From positions 91,686,612 through 91,750,611 of the forward strand of contig JASCQW010000162.1 in the NCBI GenBank assembly GCA_030264375.1: a DNA stretch of 64,000 bases. Reading direction: 5' to 3'. The stretch is from Carcharhinus longimanus (taxonomy: Eukaryota). The notes under the pieces were generated by a model. The model saw only the letters and a program-made list of their open reading frames with translations. It ran no database searches and had not been told where the DNA came from. Below, one piece after another: positions 37,610 to 51,625 of the stretch. The stretch's first letter is position 1; every line of letters starts with the position of its first letter. The position numbers were made by a program, and so were the translations under genes.

Positions 37610-39590
37610 AAACATACAAACAAGGAGCAGGAGTAGGTTGTTCAGCCCCTTAAACCTGCTCTGCCATTTAATAAGATCATGGTTGATCTGATCATAACTT
37701 CAGATCTGCATCCTACCCACTTCCTAATAATTTATCTCCCCCTTGCTTACCAAGAATCTATCCACCTCTGTTTTAAAAATGTTCAGACTCTGCTTACTCA
37801 CTTTCAGGAAAAGAGTGTCAAAGACTCATGACCCTCTGAATGAAAACATTTTGATCCATTTCCATTTTAACTGGGTGATGCTTATATTTAAATAGTAACC
37901 CTTAGTTCTAGATTCACCCACAAGAGGAAACATGCTATCCATGTCCAGTCTGTCAAGAACCCTCTGGATGTTACATATTTCAATCAAGTCACCGCTTACT
38001 CTTCTAAACTTATCCAATACAAGTGTAGCCTGTCCAACCTTTCCTCATGAAACATCCCAGACATTCCAGATATTAATCTGATAACCCTTTTTTGAGCTGT
38101 TTACAATGTATTTGCATCCTTCCTTAAATAAGGTGACAAGATTGTACAGTACCCCAAGTTTCATCTTACAAGTGCCCTGCTCAACTGAAGCATAACTTTT
38201 CTATTTTTGTATTCAATTACACTTGCAATAAGTGAAAACATCCTGTAATCTTTCCTGTTTAATTTCTGTATCCGAGTACCAGCCTTTTTGTGATTCATGC
38301 ACTAGGACACCAACATCCTTCTGCACCTTAGAACTTTGCAATCTCTCACCAAAAGCTTCCTTTTCATTCTTCTTGCCAAAATGGACAATTTCACATTTTC
38401 ATTAATTACACTCCATTTTCCAGCTCTTTGTCCACTCTCTTAACCTTTCTATATTTTCTGCCTCCTTATATCCTCTTCACAACTTATTTTCTTACTAATC
38501 ATTGTGTTCATTGGCATTGGCTAATCATTGGCAGATGGAATTTAATTCAGATAAATGCGAGGTGATGCATTTTGGAAGAAGTAATGTAGGGGGGAGCTAT
38601 ACAGTAAATGGCAGGGCCATCAAGATTATAGAAACACAGAGGGACCTAGGTGTGCAAGTCCACAAATCCCTGAAGGTGGTGGCACAGGCGGTGAAGAAGG
38701 CATATGGTACGCTTGCCTTTATAGGACGGGGTATAGAGTACAAAAGCTGGAGTCTGATGTTGCAGCTGTATAGAATGCTGGAGTACTGCGTCCAATTCTG
38801 GTTGCCGCACTACCAGAAGGATGTGGAGGCTTTAGAGAGAGTGCAAAGAAGGTTTACCAGGATGTTGCCTGGTATGGAGGGTCTCAGCTACGAGGAGAGT
38901 TTGGATAGACTGGGGTTGTTCTCCCTGGAAAGACGGAGAATGAGGGGAGACATAATAAAGGTGTACAAAATTATGAAGGATATAGATAGGGTGAATAGTG
39001 GGAAGCTTTTTCCCAGGTCAGAGGTGATGATCACGAGGGGTCACGGGCTCAAGGTGAGAGGGGCGAGGTATAACTCTGATATCAGAGGGGTGTTTTTACA
39101 CAGAGGGTGGTGGGGGCCTGGAATGTGCTGCCAAGTAGGGTGGTGGAGGCAGACACACTNNNNNNNNNNNNNNNNNNNNNNNNNNNNNNNNNNNNNNNNN
39201 NNNNNNNNNNNNNNNNNNNNNNNNNNNNNNNNNNNNNNNNNNNNNNNNNNNNNNNNNNNTGGCATCATTTAAGAATTACCTGGATAGTCACATGAGCAGC
39301 CTGGGAATGGAGGGATACAAACGAATGGTCTAGTTGAACCAATGCGCAGCACAGGCTTGGAGGGCCGAAGGGCCTGTTTCCTGTGCTGTACTGTTCTTTG
39401 TTCTTTGTGTCATCAGCATTTTTGACAACCATCCCTTCGATCCCTTCATCGTAGTCATTTATACAGATCGTAAACAGTTGGGTTCCAACACTGATCCTTA
39501 TGGCACACCACAAACGTCTTATCAACCCAAAAAACATCCATTTAAGCCTACTGTCTGCTTTCTGTTAGCCAATCTTTCTGTCAGTGCTAA
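37610..39590 (-). mobile_element. Older CR1 (minus), split by a younger CR1
   Basis: 3' tail at 37610; RRVSGDLIEI; resumes after the insert with KNADDTK and QLFTICIND (39405-39500). Confidence 0.85.
38519..39404 (+). mobile_element. Younger 5'-truncated CR1
   Basis: Open frame WQMEFNSDKCEVMHFG...LEYCVQFW...RRRMRGDIIKVYKIMK; (tgttctt)n tail; TSD-like ttgtgttcattggcatt / ttgtgtcatcagcatt. Confidence 0.92.
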
Positions 39591-39980
39591 CAACTGGATT
39601 CCATGGAAAAATAACAGAAACACACACCATAAATACATTTAACCCTGAATCTTCATTCATTTTAGCACTTTCTATTTTGGTTATTGCACCGTTGGTGGTT
39701 GAAAGTGACATCTGATTGGTTCTCACAATCTCCAATTCTGTCCTTCAACCAATCCAGTGCTAATCATCATCGGTATTGCTTGTCAACCAGTTTTAGATTT
39801 TTGTCAACTTGTTTTGTTCTAATTGGCTTCGGTCTTGATCTCTTGTTGGTGCTATTTGCTCTCCTTCCAGGTTAGTTGCTGCCATATATTTGAAATAAGG
39901 ACTGAATTGTGGATATACTGCATTATTTTCCTGAGACTTTGGAAAAGTAAATAAATTGCTGCTGAATGTTGGGATATTCT

Positions 39981-40195
39981 GAGTGATCCTCTGGTGTCTT
40001 GACCAAAACTTATCCCTCAAATAGCATCACAGAAAGCAGATTATCTGGTCATCATCACAATGATGTTTGTAGAACGTCGCTGTGCACACATTAGCTGCCA
40101 AGTTTCCAACACTGCAACAGTGATTTCATTGGCTGCAAAGCACTTTGAGAGTCCTGGTGGTTGTCAAAGGTGCTATCTAAATGCAAGTTATTTTA
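39981..40195 (+). mobile_element. DeuSINE (SacSINE1-like) 3' portion
   Basis: ttatccctcaa...cagattatctggtcatcatcaca; L2-like tail aaagcactttg...aaaggtgctatctaaatgcaagt. Confidence 0.75.
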
Positions 40196-41949
40196 ATGAG
40201 TTGCTCAGGCCCTGCCTTCCAAATGATCTGATTAGTCAATGCTGACAAGTGACAATTCTAGTAGGAAAAGCTTTTTTTTTGAAAAGCATTCTGAGTTGTA
40301 TTTGAATTCAGGATGTGACCAACTTTTTCTACTACATCTTACCTCAGGTAAATGGCTGGATGACAGCTCTCATTAGCAGAGCATGTTTCTTACAAAGTGA
40401 TGCCGGCACTTTTTACACTCTGCTACCTTGAGATAACTCAGCATGGGTCTAACAATTAACCCCAATAATAGTAAATTGCTCAATAGAGAAAACATAGGAT
40501 GCTCACTAGGCTTCTTGTCAGTTCAGAAGGCAGTTAACATTTACACTTCTAAAGCACTTTGTATGGACTAAAAATAAATGCAAAACATCGGCAAAGCACT
40601 ATACAGTAAAACAATATCTTTCAAATACACATATCACTGTTAGTTATTTAAGAGTCCACAGTTTGCCAAACTGCCTCAAGCAAATAGTTATCCCGGTGGT
40701 AAATACATTTAGTTTGTTTGCTAACCTACACATCCAGCTTTGAGAGGACAATGAATGGAGATGATGCTAGGAGACTCTTGCTCAATAAAAACATTTTTCC
40801 TTTTTACATTCAAGCAGTTTTTTTGAAAGAAGTATCACTATCGAGTTTAATTACATAGACAATCGGAGCACTGTGGTGTCTCACCTTCCGGCAATGAATG
40901 TCTCATTTCAAACCATAACTTGTAATGTAGCTTTGCATGCATGGGTAGTTTTTGAGAAGAAAGCACTCTTTCCCTCCAGCACTTCATTCACAGATGCTCT
41001 AATACCTTTCATGTTAATGTTATTGACATAAAAGTACACACTCCCATTCAGATTAAAAGAACATGGCAGCGTTATGCTGAATTCAATTGCTGGGCACTTG
41101 TTTGACAGGTAGCTCAAGGCAATAAAATAATGGGCTATGGTTTTGGAAAGCTTAAACCACAGGGCACTCCACTTGAAACCAAGAAAATCTGCTTAAGATT
41201 ATGATTACTATAAGAAATAAAAACACCCATTTCACAATAAAGACAAATTTCAATTTGACTGTTTCATGATCAAAGATTTCTTTGGATATGAGGGAGACGA
41301 AAGACTTAATTCTTTTTCATGATCTGCCACAAAATCAATGCAACAAAGTACGAGAATGTCTCACCATCCAATCCGCCCCTCTCCTTGCCCCTGCCAGGTT
41401 TTCTACCTGCTGCATGAACATTCCTGGCAAACATTCTTGGGCCATCATATTGAGCGAGATGCCCCTGAAACCATGGCAGCTGTCCTAAGGACCAGACATG
41501 GACAGTGAAGGCTGCAAGTTGACCTCCTGTTTCTTCATTTTGCATAGCCCAGGGCTTAGTTCTTCCGCCTGCAATGGCATTCTTGCCCTTCCTGGTGTGA
41601 AATTTCCCTAAAGAGGCTGTGGCAGGTTCTGAATTAAGCAAGGAGAATGTCAAAATGACAAAAAAAAACTGCTGACTCAGGGAAAATTGATGGAATTGAC
41701 AGAGGAGGAGGTTCCACTCCACCCCACCACTAATCGATCACTTGAAGGGAAATATAGCCCTCATTGCCTTTGAACAGCCATTTCATTTTTCAGTGTAGAC
41801 CTCTGGATTTTGGATTGGGGCCAGTGAAAAATATTTGTACAACCTCTATGCATTTAGCGGATTGATCATTTTATTTCCATCCGAGGGGCATTGTTGGTAC
41901 ATAGTGGATTGCCTTCAAATAGTGACTCTCGATCTCTACAGGTGTTGTT

Positions 41950-42290
41950 CTAATCTGCCACTGTAATTATGTTGGAAGGTCACAGAGCCCCCAAGTAAAC
42001 AGACGTTTAATTATGATTCAGATTTTGCGGTGGTAATGACCGTGAACTTGTCAGCTTTCCCTCTCATTACTCCTCTGAAACAGCAAATGCTCAAGTCCAC
42101 ACATGTGTCACTAAACATGGAGATCTAGAAGCTGCTATCACAGAGACAACTCAATCTTTTGATGAGAATTTCTTTGAAGTCAGCAGCAAGGTGCTTCACC
42201 AATGGCAGCAGCAAGTGTGTAGCCAATCTGATATCTGCAGATATGCTGGTTTCTTCAGTGCAATTTTCCCAAAATTGGCCAGACCAATTT
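41950..42290 (+). mobile_element. Possible decayed hAT transposase C-terminus
   Basis: Frameshifted TWRSR / LSQRQLNLLMRISLK resembles the end of the hAT dimerisation domain. Confidence 0.3.
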
Positions 42291-42452
42291 CAAAGATTGT
42301 GTCATTTTAAGTGCAAGTTACACTGAATGCAAAGCTGCTTTTGATATTGTCTGCACCAGTACCATCCCTCTCCACGTAGAATTAACCAACATGGTAAGTT
42401 TCCCCTAATTGTGCCCATTTGCAGATATTTAGAGAAGCTGTTATCATTTAGT

Positions 42453-44407
42453 GGGGGCTTGGCAACCTGCAATTCCCTGAGGTCTGCTGTACAGCCACTG
42501 AACAGCTCTTGATCAAATGCATGTTTCAAACATTGAGGCAATAAGATTGCAGAGAACTTTCACCCATGTGCTCCTTATACAGAAACACAAAAGAAATCAA
42601 TCAGTCAAAATGTCTTTTTGGTCCAATGCTTCAAAAGGGTATCGTTTAAGATTATTTATTCGTGTCACAAGTAGACTTACATTAACAGTGTAAGTTATTG
42701 TGAAAATCCCCTAGTTGCCACACTTCAGTGCTGATTCAGGTACACTGAAGAAGAATTTAGCATGGCCAATGCACGAACTAGCGTGTCTTTCGGACTGTGG
42801 GAGAAAAGGGGAGCACCCAGAGGAAGCCCCCGCAGAAATGGGGAGAATGTGCAGGCTCTGCACAGACAGTGACCCAAGCAGTGTTCAAATCAAAGCACTG
42901 TTCCTGGCACTGTGAGGCAACAGTGCTAACCACTGTGGTATTGTGCTGCCCCCTGCCATCCAATCATGTAGGTAGTGCCCAGGCAAGCACATTAATCAAT
43001 AAAATAACACATTCAACCTGACCCTGGTTAGTCAGTTCGAAAAGCTTGTCCAAAATGGCAAATTCTGATTGGTCACCATTCCTGGAACCCGATTGATCAG
43101 TGTTAATGGATTAGTGCAGTGCGATTGGGCGCATGTCCAACAATTTGGGTACTGATTAGTCTGTTGTAATGGATATATGTTGTCTGTTGTATGGATATAC
43201 CCTTGATAACCTTGATGCTGTGCTGATGATCATGTGCAGGCAGAGGGAAATTTATCAATGAATGAGCACACGCATCCTAGCTCTGGTGCTGAGGCTGTAT
43301 TTGTGAGCATGCGTGCCGCATGAAGGCAGGGAGATAGATAAATCATAGAATGGACAAACATACTCTGGGCATTGTTTTAAGGCTACTTTTGAAATGGCTG
43401 TGAAGATAAGTGTTGAAGGACAAAATTAAGAATTTTGAAATGAATGATAAATCCCACATTTAGCTGGTCTTCCTGTATGTCTCACTTGCAACAAAAAATT
43501 TGCCAACAGCATGAAATCAGATTTGAGGAACATTTCATTAAAAAGCACAGCGTCGGAGCTGCAAGTTATTCAAGTGCAGAAGCCCACAAGAAAACAGTGC
43601 AGGAGCTGAAGAACAAGATGAAGAAAGCTCAAAACATATTCACTAAATGGGTAAAATAATCAGGTAGCTGAAGGACAGTTAGTTTAGTGGCAGCTCAATA
43701 GATTGTGAAATAAGGTATGTTCACAGATGGTGAATATTCATCAAAGACAGTTGCATTGTGATTATAGAAACAAAAATGAAATTATTCAAAAAATTAACAA
43801 CATGCCTTTATCTGCAATAACTGTGGGGGACAGAGCGGTGAAAATGGCCACCGATATTACCAGGCAGCAGATTGAGGATGTACCTTTGAGCAAATATGAA
43901 ATTGAGTTTTACAATGTTAAGAATCTAACTGAATACAAGTTTGCTGTCCTGCTTGAAATGTAATCATTATACAGTCTAAGTACTGAAGCACCACACAAAG
44001 AAATCCAGTCTCAAAAATTACATGGATGCAAGAGTTTATTTTTCATTTAAGGAGTTGATGTTAATTCAGTGGCATGTTACATTGTTTTAAACATGGGATA
44101 ACACTGAATTTATGAGAAAGTACCATTTAATTCACAATTTATGGCAAAATTGGTAAAATGTTGATGATTCTCTTTCATTGATACTAATAACCGTATGTTT
44201 ATGATAATCACTAAAATGGCACTGCATAGAAGTTTATAAATCCCTAAGTTAATTTGCATTTGTTTACTTGGGTGGCATGCAAAAGAGCATCAGTCACTTG
44301 TTTTTTGTTGTTATTGGTGCTTGATCAACAACATTCTGGTTCTTAACGTTTTGCATTTTTGATTTTTTTTTGTAAATGGCCCCTCTCATTAAGATTGCAG
44401 ATTCCTG
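42453..44407 (+). mobile_element. Internally deleted hAT/Charlie DNA transposon
   Basis: Degenerate TIRs ggggcttggcaacct / agattgcagattcctg; flanks atttagtg / gtctagaa (Charlie-type nTCTAGAn target); BED-finger remnant C..HFIKKH; MFTDGEY; MPLSAITVGDRAVKMATDI. Confidence 0.78.
42648..42951 (-). mobile_element. Full-length V-SINE inserted in the hAT element
   Basis: tRNA-like head ggcagcacaataccacagtggttagcactgttgcctcacag, V-core, tail shared with 23127-23280. Confidence 0.88.
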
Positions 44408-46104
44408 GTCTAGAATTTATTTTTGAGGCATAGGGAAAAAGTTAACCATTATTTAAAAGCCTTATTAAGAAACTGATTACAACAATGTAACTAATAAATG
44501 TTTATGCACAGTTAAAGTCAATTTCATGCATTTAAAATTTCGTTACTCATTGGATTAGATACTGATGAAAACGTTGTGTTTGTTTTGCATTAAAATACTT
44601 TGAATATTACTAATACAAAAGAATTTTCAACACAATTATATTTTAAAATGTTGCCCAATTACACTAATCTGTAGCAGATTTTGGCCCAAATTTTACAAGG
44701 TGAGTAGCTTGATTTGGGAAAATTCCAGACTTGTCCCACCCACCTCAGTGAAAAATGCCCTGAATGTGGCAATCTTTGCTTGGGTGTGATGCAGGATGGA
44801 ATCGGGCCTGCTACCTTCAGGAGCAGATTGGAGGTGATCTGCTACTGAAGTGAGTGGGTTTAAACCCCATCGCTCTTTGCTGGAGTTTGTCCCACTTGTT
44901 TGGTTATATTTTTAGCCCTCTAAACCTTGCCACCATCATCCTCTCACCCACTTCCCTTGTCACCTCCATGCCTCCATCCTATTTCAATGTCAACTCATCT
45001 TTCCCCACACACACATCCCAAATAACCACTTAGACCCTTCATGCCAACACATGGTGCTCCATGCCCATTCACCTAGTATATTTAATGTACAGAACCAAGG
45101 AACCCTATAATATTGATGGGTATGTCAAATTACCTTTTAAAAGCACCAATTCATTATTGTTTTCTAGGTTCCCATAACCCTATAAAAGTGTCACACACAC
45201 CATTAAAGTAACAATAACAGATGTTTTAGGCAGTACACACCTCATAAGCTTATACAAATAAACATTGAGGGGGTGATCTTACAGGCTCGTCACACAGTCA
45301 ATAGGTTTGCTCCCGGTTTCTCACCTCTCACAATCTTACCAGCCCTGGACCTCTGGTGTGATCAGCTTCTCTCTAGTGTGAGCAGCCAGCTTTCCGGCAT
45401 GAATGGACTCCATCCATTCCCTCTACTGCTGTGAATTCCACTTTTTTTGCACTATGTGTCATAGGATCGTGTTTGAAAGCTCGCTGAAAAAATGGGTGCA
45501 ATTCTCTCTCATTCTCATGCTCCTTTGGCACTCAGAATTTTTTTTGTTAAGATTGCTCTCTGAGACATTGGCAAAAGAAATCATAGAAAAGAAACTTCTT
45601 ATAGCCTCAAAGGTGCCTATCAAATAAAACTAGCCAGTTCCCTTCAGCTGTGTAAGCCAGCTCCCACTGTGTTAATCTTTTTTTTAACACTGGGTAAATG
45701 GGCATCAAAGTACTAGCATTTGTATGAGGGCCATTGGGGATGAAGGGGGAAATGGGTAGTCACGAGGCACAAAGATAACACCTTTTGAACTTAATTTTCA
45801 AAATGTGCCTGAATCCAGACTATGGTTAATGCCTTCTGTGAGATCTGTGAACCACAAGTTATGGAGAAACTTGCCCAACACAATGAAAGTTACATGGGTG
45901 GGGTGAGTGGCTAGTTAGGAGATGCAATGGTGTCAGCAGCTCACTAATGCAAGGCATAGGCTCACTACCTATACCATTACTCCACGCTTGTAAAAAAAAA
46001 TGAGATGCCATAAAAGAGGATGGGAATACTGGATTTGGTCTTGCTTGCCATTATCAAATGGCTCCAGAATCCTTCTGACTCTGAAAATCCAAGGCATTTC
46101 TGAA

Positions 46105-46710
46105 TTCATTTACAGAGATTGGGCACCACTGACTAAACCACCATTTTATTGCCCGTCCACTGTTGCTCTTGAGAAGGTGATGGTGCCTTCTTGAACTGCT
46201 GCAGTGCCTGAGGTGTATGTACTTCCACAGTGCTGTTAGGGAGGGAGTGCCAGGATTTTGGGGAGTTCCCAGAGACAGTGAAGGAATGGCAATTTATTTC
46301 CAAATCAGGATGCTAAGTGTCTTGGAGGGGAACCTTGGAGGGTGTTTGCAGCTATCTGCCATTCTTGTTCTTCTAGTAATAGTGGTTGTGGGTTTGGAAG
46401 GTGCTGCCTAAGGAATTTTCCTGCAGTGCATCTTGTAGACAGTACACATAGCTGCTACAGTTTGTCAGTGGTGGAGGGGTTGAATGTTTGTGGAAGTGAT
46501 AGCAATCAAATGAGCCTCTTTGTTCCTGATGGTGTCGAGCTTCTTCGGCATTGTTGGAACTGCACTCACCCAGCTAAGTGGAGAGAATTCCATCACACAC
46601 CTCACTTGCATCTTGTAGATGGTGGACAGGAGGTGAGTTACTCACTGTCGGATTCCTAGCTTTTGTGTTGCTCTGGTAGCCACAGCACACATATGAATAG
46701 TCCACAGCTA
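46105..46710 (-). mobile_element. CR1-group LINE 3' end whose tail matches the tRNA-SINE
   Basis: YKMQVRCVMEFSPLSWVSAVPTMPKKLDTIRNK; 3' tail gacgggcaataaaatggtggtttagtcagtggtgccc. Confidence 0.75.
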
Positions 46711-48000
46711 TGTCTGTTGATGTACAAACATGTTTGAACAGAAACTTATGAAAGAAAGCCCTTTGAAAAATGAGTACAGTTTGCATCCAGATTTCCCATT
46801 ACACCCAAAACAAAACCAAATATTTAGGTCCTTCAGTGAGAATGTTTTTAGTTCTGTTTAAACTTGTGACAGGGCGAACGAAGACACCTGCTGCTGCTCA
46901 TGGAGCATCAATTTTAATGTGTCTAATTAAAATTATGAGTAGGTGTTAATGATGGCAAACCTACTAATGATTTTTCCCTGAGATGGTGGGACTGAGTTAT
47001 TTTTTATATGTGAAATGTAAGTGGCAAATTGTTATCTGGAGCATTTACATTGCCATAACATTGGAGTTGAGGATCAAAGCACTTGTGACAGTTTTATTAC
47101 TCATCTAAATAAAATGCTATTTCTTCTCCTTTGCAAAGGTCACAAAATTCAAATTTTTGTGTTGATTATGAAACTATTAGGGCTATATGTTGCACATGAG
47201 CTTTCCTTATTTAATACAGGAATCTAATTAATCACTTTTAAAAATAAATCTTTACTTCATTCCCTGAACACGCACTCGACCTGTCATCCACTGGATCACC
47301 TTGCTGGAGTATATTGTCATATGGATCTAATAAAGCAGTCTCTGGTCCTCACAGCCGAAAAATGATGAAGCATGATGTTTGATTCATATTATTGTCGAGG
47401 CACCTCATCTTCCATAACTTTGTGACAGCAACTGTGATTAAAAGCCCACCCACGTATGGGTCAGTGACATGACCGAGCAGCAACAATAACCTGGTTACTT
47501 GTTCAATTTTTTTTATCTCAGGCTGTCAGTTCCCACGGTCATATGTCGTGACATACAGCTTAACATCAAATTAGTGGTTGAGTCAGTTAATAACAAGGAA
47601 GCAAATAGCGAGTGATCAAATACTGGTTCACCAAAAATACAAGAATTAAGGTTTAAATGTGAGGGCAAACTTGGCATCTCTAATGTCCTTAATGTGGTCA
47701 GTTCAAACATTTGCAGTTTTCATCAAGGAATTTTGCCTCGACAATTTGTCTTATGTAAGATTGTGACATGGTTACTTGTAAGATGACCCTGAGAAGCATT
47801 GCATTGTTCTGTTTAATTACAAAAGTCTTTGCAAATTGAATAATTAAAATTACTTCTCTTTTGTATATTGGTAATATTTGACAGATTATACATCTCCGTA
47901 TGTTTCAGGCACCAACTTAGAAACATCAGAAAAACTACTTGGAACACTTGTTCGTGAATCCCACCAAAACAAGGATGTTAATTTGACAACTTGTGACATT

Positions 48001-49080
48001 GGGCTGAATCTTCTGAGCAGTAGCAATCGCTGTTGGATTGCCTCTCCACTGCTTCTTTTTTACATGGGGCTGGAGCTCCTCATTCCTGGCTTAGATCTCC
48101 AAACTGAATTGCAACAGAAATCTGGAGTGCACGTTCTTTGCAGGGCAAGATTGTCAGGGTGGAAACCAAGTCATGACCCCTTTTTACATAACTATCTGAT
48201 ATATTTTGGGAGATATTATTCACTAATACAGTGACGAGCTTCAAGAGACTTAAATAACTTTTCACTGTGTTAGTGAATAACAGCAGTGAGGTGGGTGGGT
48301 GGATGGGGTAAAAGCATGACAGAATGGGAGGCTGGTAGGTGGCATTGTGTGTAAGGTGGGAAGGGTTGTAGGTGCCATAGTGTTAGATTGGGTTAAGTAC
48401 CAACTGGGATGCTGAGAGAGAGTTGGGAAGGAGGGTTGTTGGCAGAGTTGAAGGATCATGGGGAGGTCAGAGGGTCAGGGTAGGAGTTGGAGTGATGGGT
48501 CAGTCATAGGATAGGGGTGGTCTGAGAATTGTGTGTAGTCAGTGGATCGGATTAGTCAGAGATTTGGGGAGATAGTTGGAGGGTCATGGGGTGTCAGAGA
48601 GTCATGGAAGCCTGATGTTTAGAGGCTGCGTTGGTTAGTCGGGAGGCACTTGGAGGGTAATGGGGTGTCAGAGAGTCAGAGGCTTGGGAAGTCAGCAGAT
48701 CAAGGTGTTTGGGATGGGCATGGAAAGGTCAGGAGAGTCAAGGAGATCAAAGTGTCCTTTGGAATTGGAGGGTCAGGCGATGACTCAGAAGGTGTGGTGA
48801 TGAAGGGTCTGAGGGTTAGGGGGTCAGTGGGGGGTTGGGATGAAGGCAGGAGGGAATGGTTAGTTGTATAATTACCCAGGATTTAGACATAGTTTTGTTT
48901 TTCCTGGGTAAATATCCATATAAGTAAGCTGCAACCCTCTGAAATCTCCAACTCGAAATCAGAATTGGAATTTTCTCTATGCCGGAGAATTGCCCATCTG
49001 AAGTTGAAGCTTCCCTGGCAATTTCCATAGAATCCTTGAATGAAGGTTTTGAAGAAAAGACAGGAAGATGTGAACCATTA
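48001..49080. mobile_element. MITE-like element with G-rich low-complexity core
   Basis: GGGC-type terminus gggctgaatcttc; long ggg/gtca-rich tract 48290-48860. Confidence 0.35.
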
Positions 49081-49540
49081 CCTGTGTAAAGTGAACATTG
49101 CACAACTGCTCAATTTTCTGTCCCATGCATATTCAATTGCATACAAAAAATTTTGGCTCCATTGTTTCAAGAATAGATGTTTTTGGGATCTTACAACCTG
49201 AAGCATTTTCCATTTTCCACCCACTCCCCCAACCTCCTGAGGGTCTCCATGACCTCCCTTCACTCCAACAGGGCTGGTTTAACAGTTCCCTGTTAGCGGG
49301 GAGCTGTTGTAAACCCGGCTGGAGTGAAACACTCCTGCTGGGGGGAGGGGGAGAGGGTAGCAAGACTAGAGACTTCAGTCTCGTGCCTGCTAATCACATT
49401 GAAATTTGAATTTAAATATTTAAAGCAGCTGCGCACTGATTTCTGGCACGGAGCTAATGACACTGAAAATACGGAGGCCATGGCGCCCAGAGGGAAACCC
49501 GCTGCACGGCCTACGCTTATGTCTCCCCGCCCATTGCTAG

Positions 49541-49938
49541 AGCATAGTATCTTACAGGGCAGGAGGAGGCCATTCAGCCCATCGAGTCTGCATGGTCCAC
49601 AATCCCATCCAGGCCCTATCCACATAACCTTATGTATTTACCTTAGCTAACCCGTCTGATCCCAAAGGGCAATTTAGCATGGCCAATCCACCTAACCTGC
49701 ACATCCTTGGAATGTGAGAGGAAACTGGAGCACCCGGAGGAAANNNNNNNNNNNNNNNNNNNNNNNNNNNNNNNNNNNNNNNNNNNNNNNNNNNNNNNNN
49801 NNNNNNNNNNNNNNNNNNNNNNNNNNNNNNNNNNNNNNNNNNNTGCAAACGTGGAGAGAATGTGCAAACTCCACACAGATAGTGACTCAAGCCAGGAATC
49901 GAACTTGAGTCCCTGATGCAGTGAGATAGCAGTGCGCA
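49541..49938 (-). mobile_element. HE1-type V-SINE (gap inside)
   Basis: Homologous to 14902-15226 on both sides of the gap. Confidence 0.88.
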
Positions 49939-51274
49939 ACTTGCTGGGAGAATCACCTTCAATATTTTTGAATTTATTTTAAAAAATTATATCTAGTCAT
50001 CTTAAAGTCAACAAAAATGATGCAATTATCAGTAAAGAAATTATTGTTGACTACACATTTAACAAATCTGCATTACCTCATAATCACTCATTTCCCTTTG
50101 TTGAAGGAGGGGGAAAACTAATCCATTATTGTCAATAACTTTGAGCCTACAGCATACAAAACAGGCCATTAAACCTGGTCTATGCCAGTGTTTATCCCCA
50201 GTTATTTCTTTGGAACATGCTTAACAAAGATGGACCATGGTCAATCTGCTTCATCTTCTTCCTTCCTTCTAATCACAAGGAATAATAACGAGGTTGTCAA
50301 CTTATCATAGCAATCAATCTCCTTCAATTTGTCTGCAGCAAACACAATGTGGCAAAATCCTCAGTAGTAGGAGATGAAGGAAAACAAAATTAGTCTTTTT
50401 TTCCCCAAGCATGCTACAGTTGTCACGTGCCATGTCTGGACTTACTGTCTCCTGAAATATTTTCTGAAGTAGATCTATCTAATTTGCATTTGAATTAATA
50501 TCATATCTCATAAGCTTCTCTTTTATAGTGAGAACATGCCCAATTTAAATAATCTCATCCCTCTGTGTCCTCAATCTCATAAGGATCTTCAGTTGCACGT
50601 TACCCCACCCCTGAGAATTATTTAACTTAAGTTTGCAGTTTTTGCTGAACATGATGTGAATACTTTCACAGATTGCACATATGAGACCCTCTAGTTCTCT
50701 TTCCAGATCAATTAACCATCTCCTCCTTGGTAAACTAAGACAACTTTTTTTTTGTTATTTTGTAGCCTTGGAAGCATTCAATGAGACAAGCTGTCAAAGG
50801 AAATAGTCACACTCCATCAGTTAGAATCTTCAAAACTCATTTTTAGCTTGTTTCTAATCAGAAGTTTTCATTATCAGGACTGCAATTTTAGTGGTTCAAG
50901 CCTGGTTTACCTAGCTGTAAACATTGACAAAATATAGATATTAGTTTGTAAACTGACAGACCTGAAGCAGAGGTTGGCATGCCTTCACACTTGATCCCAC
51001 TTTCAATGTCCCCAATATTCCCCCATTTATCTTTTTCTCTTAATATAATTAAATGTTATTTCTACCCTCTTCCTATATTTTTCTATTCCCTTCTCTAACA
51101 TGCCTATTACAAGCTTCCCCCCTCAAGGAATCAATGCTATCTGTCTCAGCCATTCACTAGGTAATGAGTGTATAATATGTCAAGGAATCCAGAACAAATA
51201 TTATTGACCTTGACTTTATGAAAGATAAAGCTCTATTAGATATCTGCATGAAATAAAACTGCCAAGAACTCATA

Positions 51275-51625
51275 AAATCATAGAGGTACACAGTACAGAG
51301 AAAGGCCCTTTGGCCCATCATGTCTGTGGAAGTCAAAGACAAACTACCTAACTATTCTAATCCCATTTTCCAGCACTTGGCCAATAACCTTGTATACCTT
51401 GCCATCTCAAGTGCACATCTAAATACTTCTTAAATGTTATGAGGGTCTCTGTCACCACTACCCTTTCACGCAGTGGGTTCCAGACTCCCACCGCCCTTTT
51501 TTGAAAAAAGATTTTCCTCACATCCCCTCTAATCCTCCTATGCTTTACCTTAAACTTATGCCTCTTAGTCATTGACCCCTCCACTAAGGGGAAAAGTTTA
51601 TTCCTGTGTACTCTATCTAGAACTG
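51275..51625 (-). mobile_element. CR1 3' end
   Basis: LDRVHRNKLFPL...RAVGVWNPL...FKKYLDVHL..QGIQGY plus tail. Confidence 0.88.
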
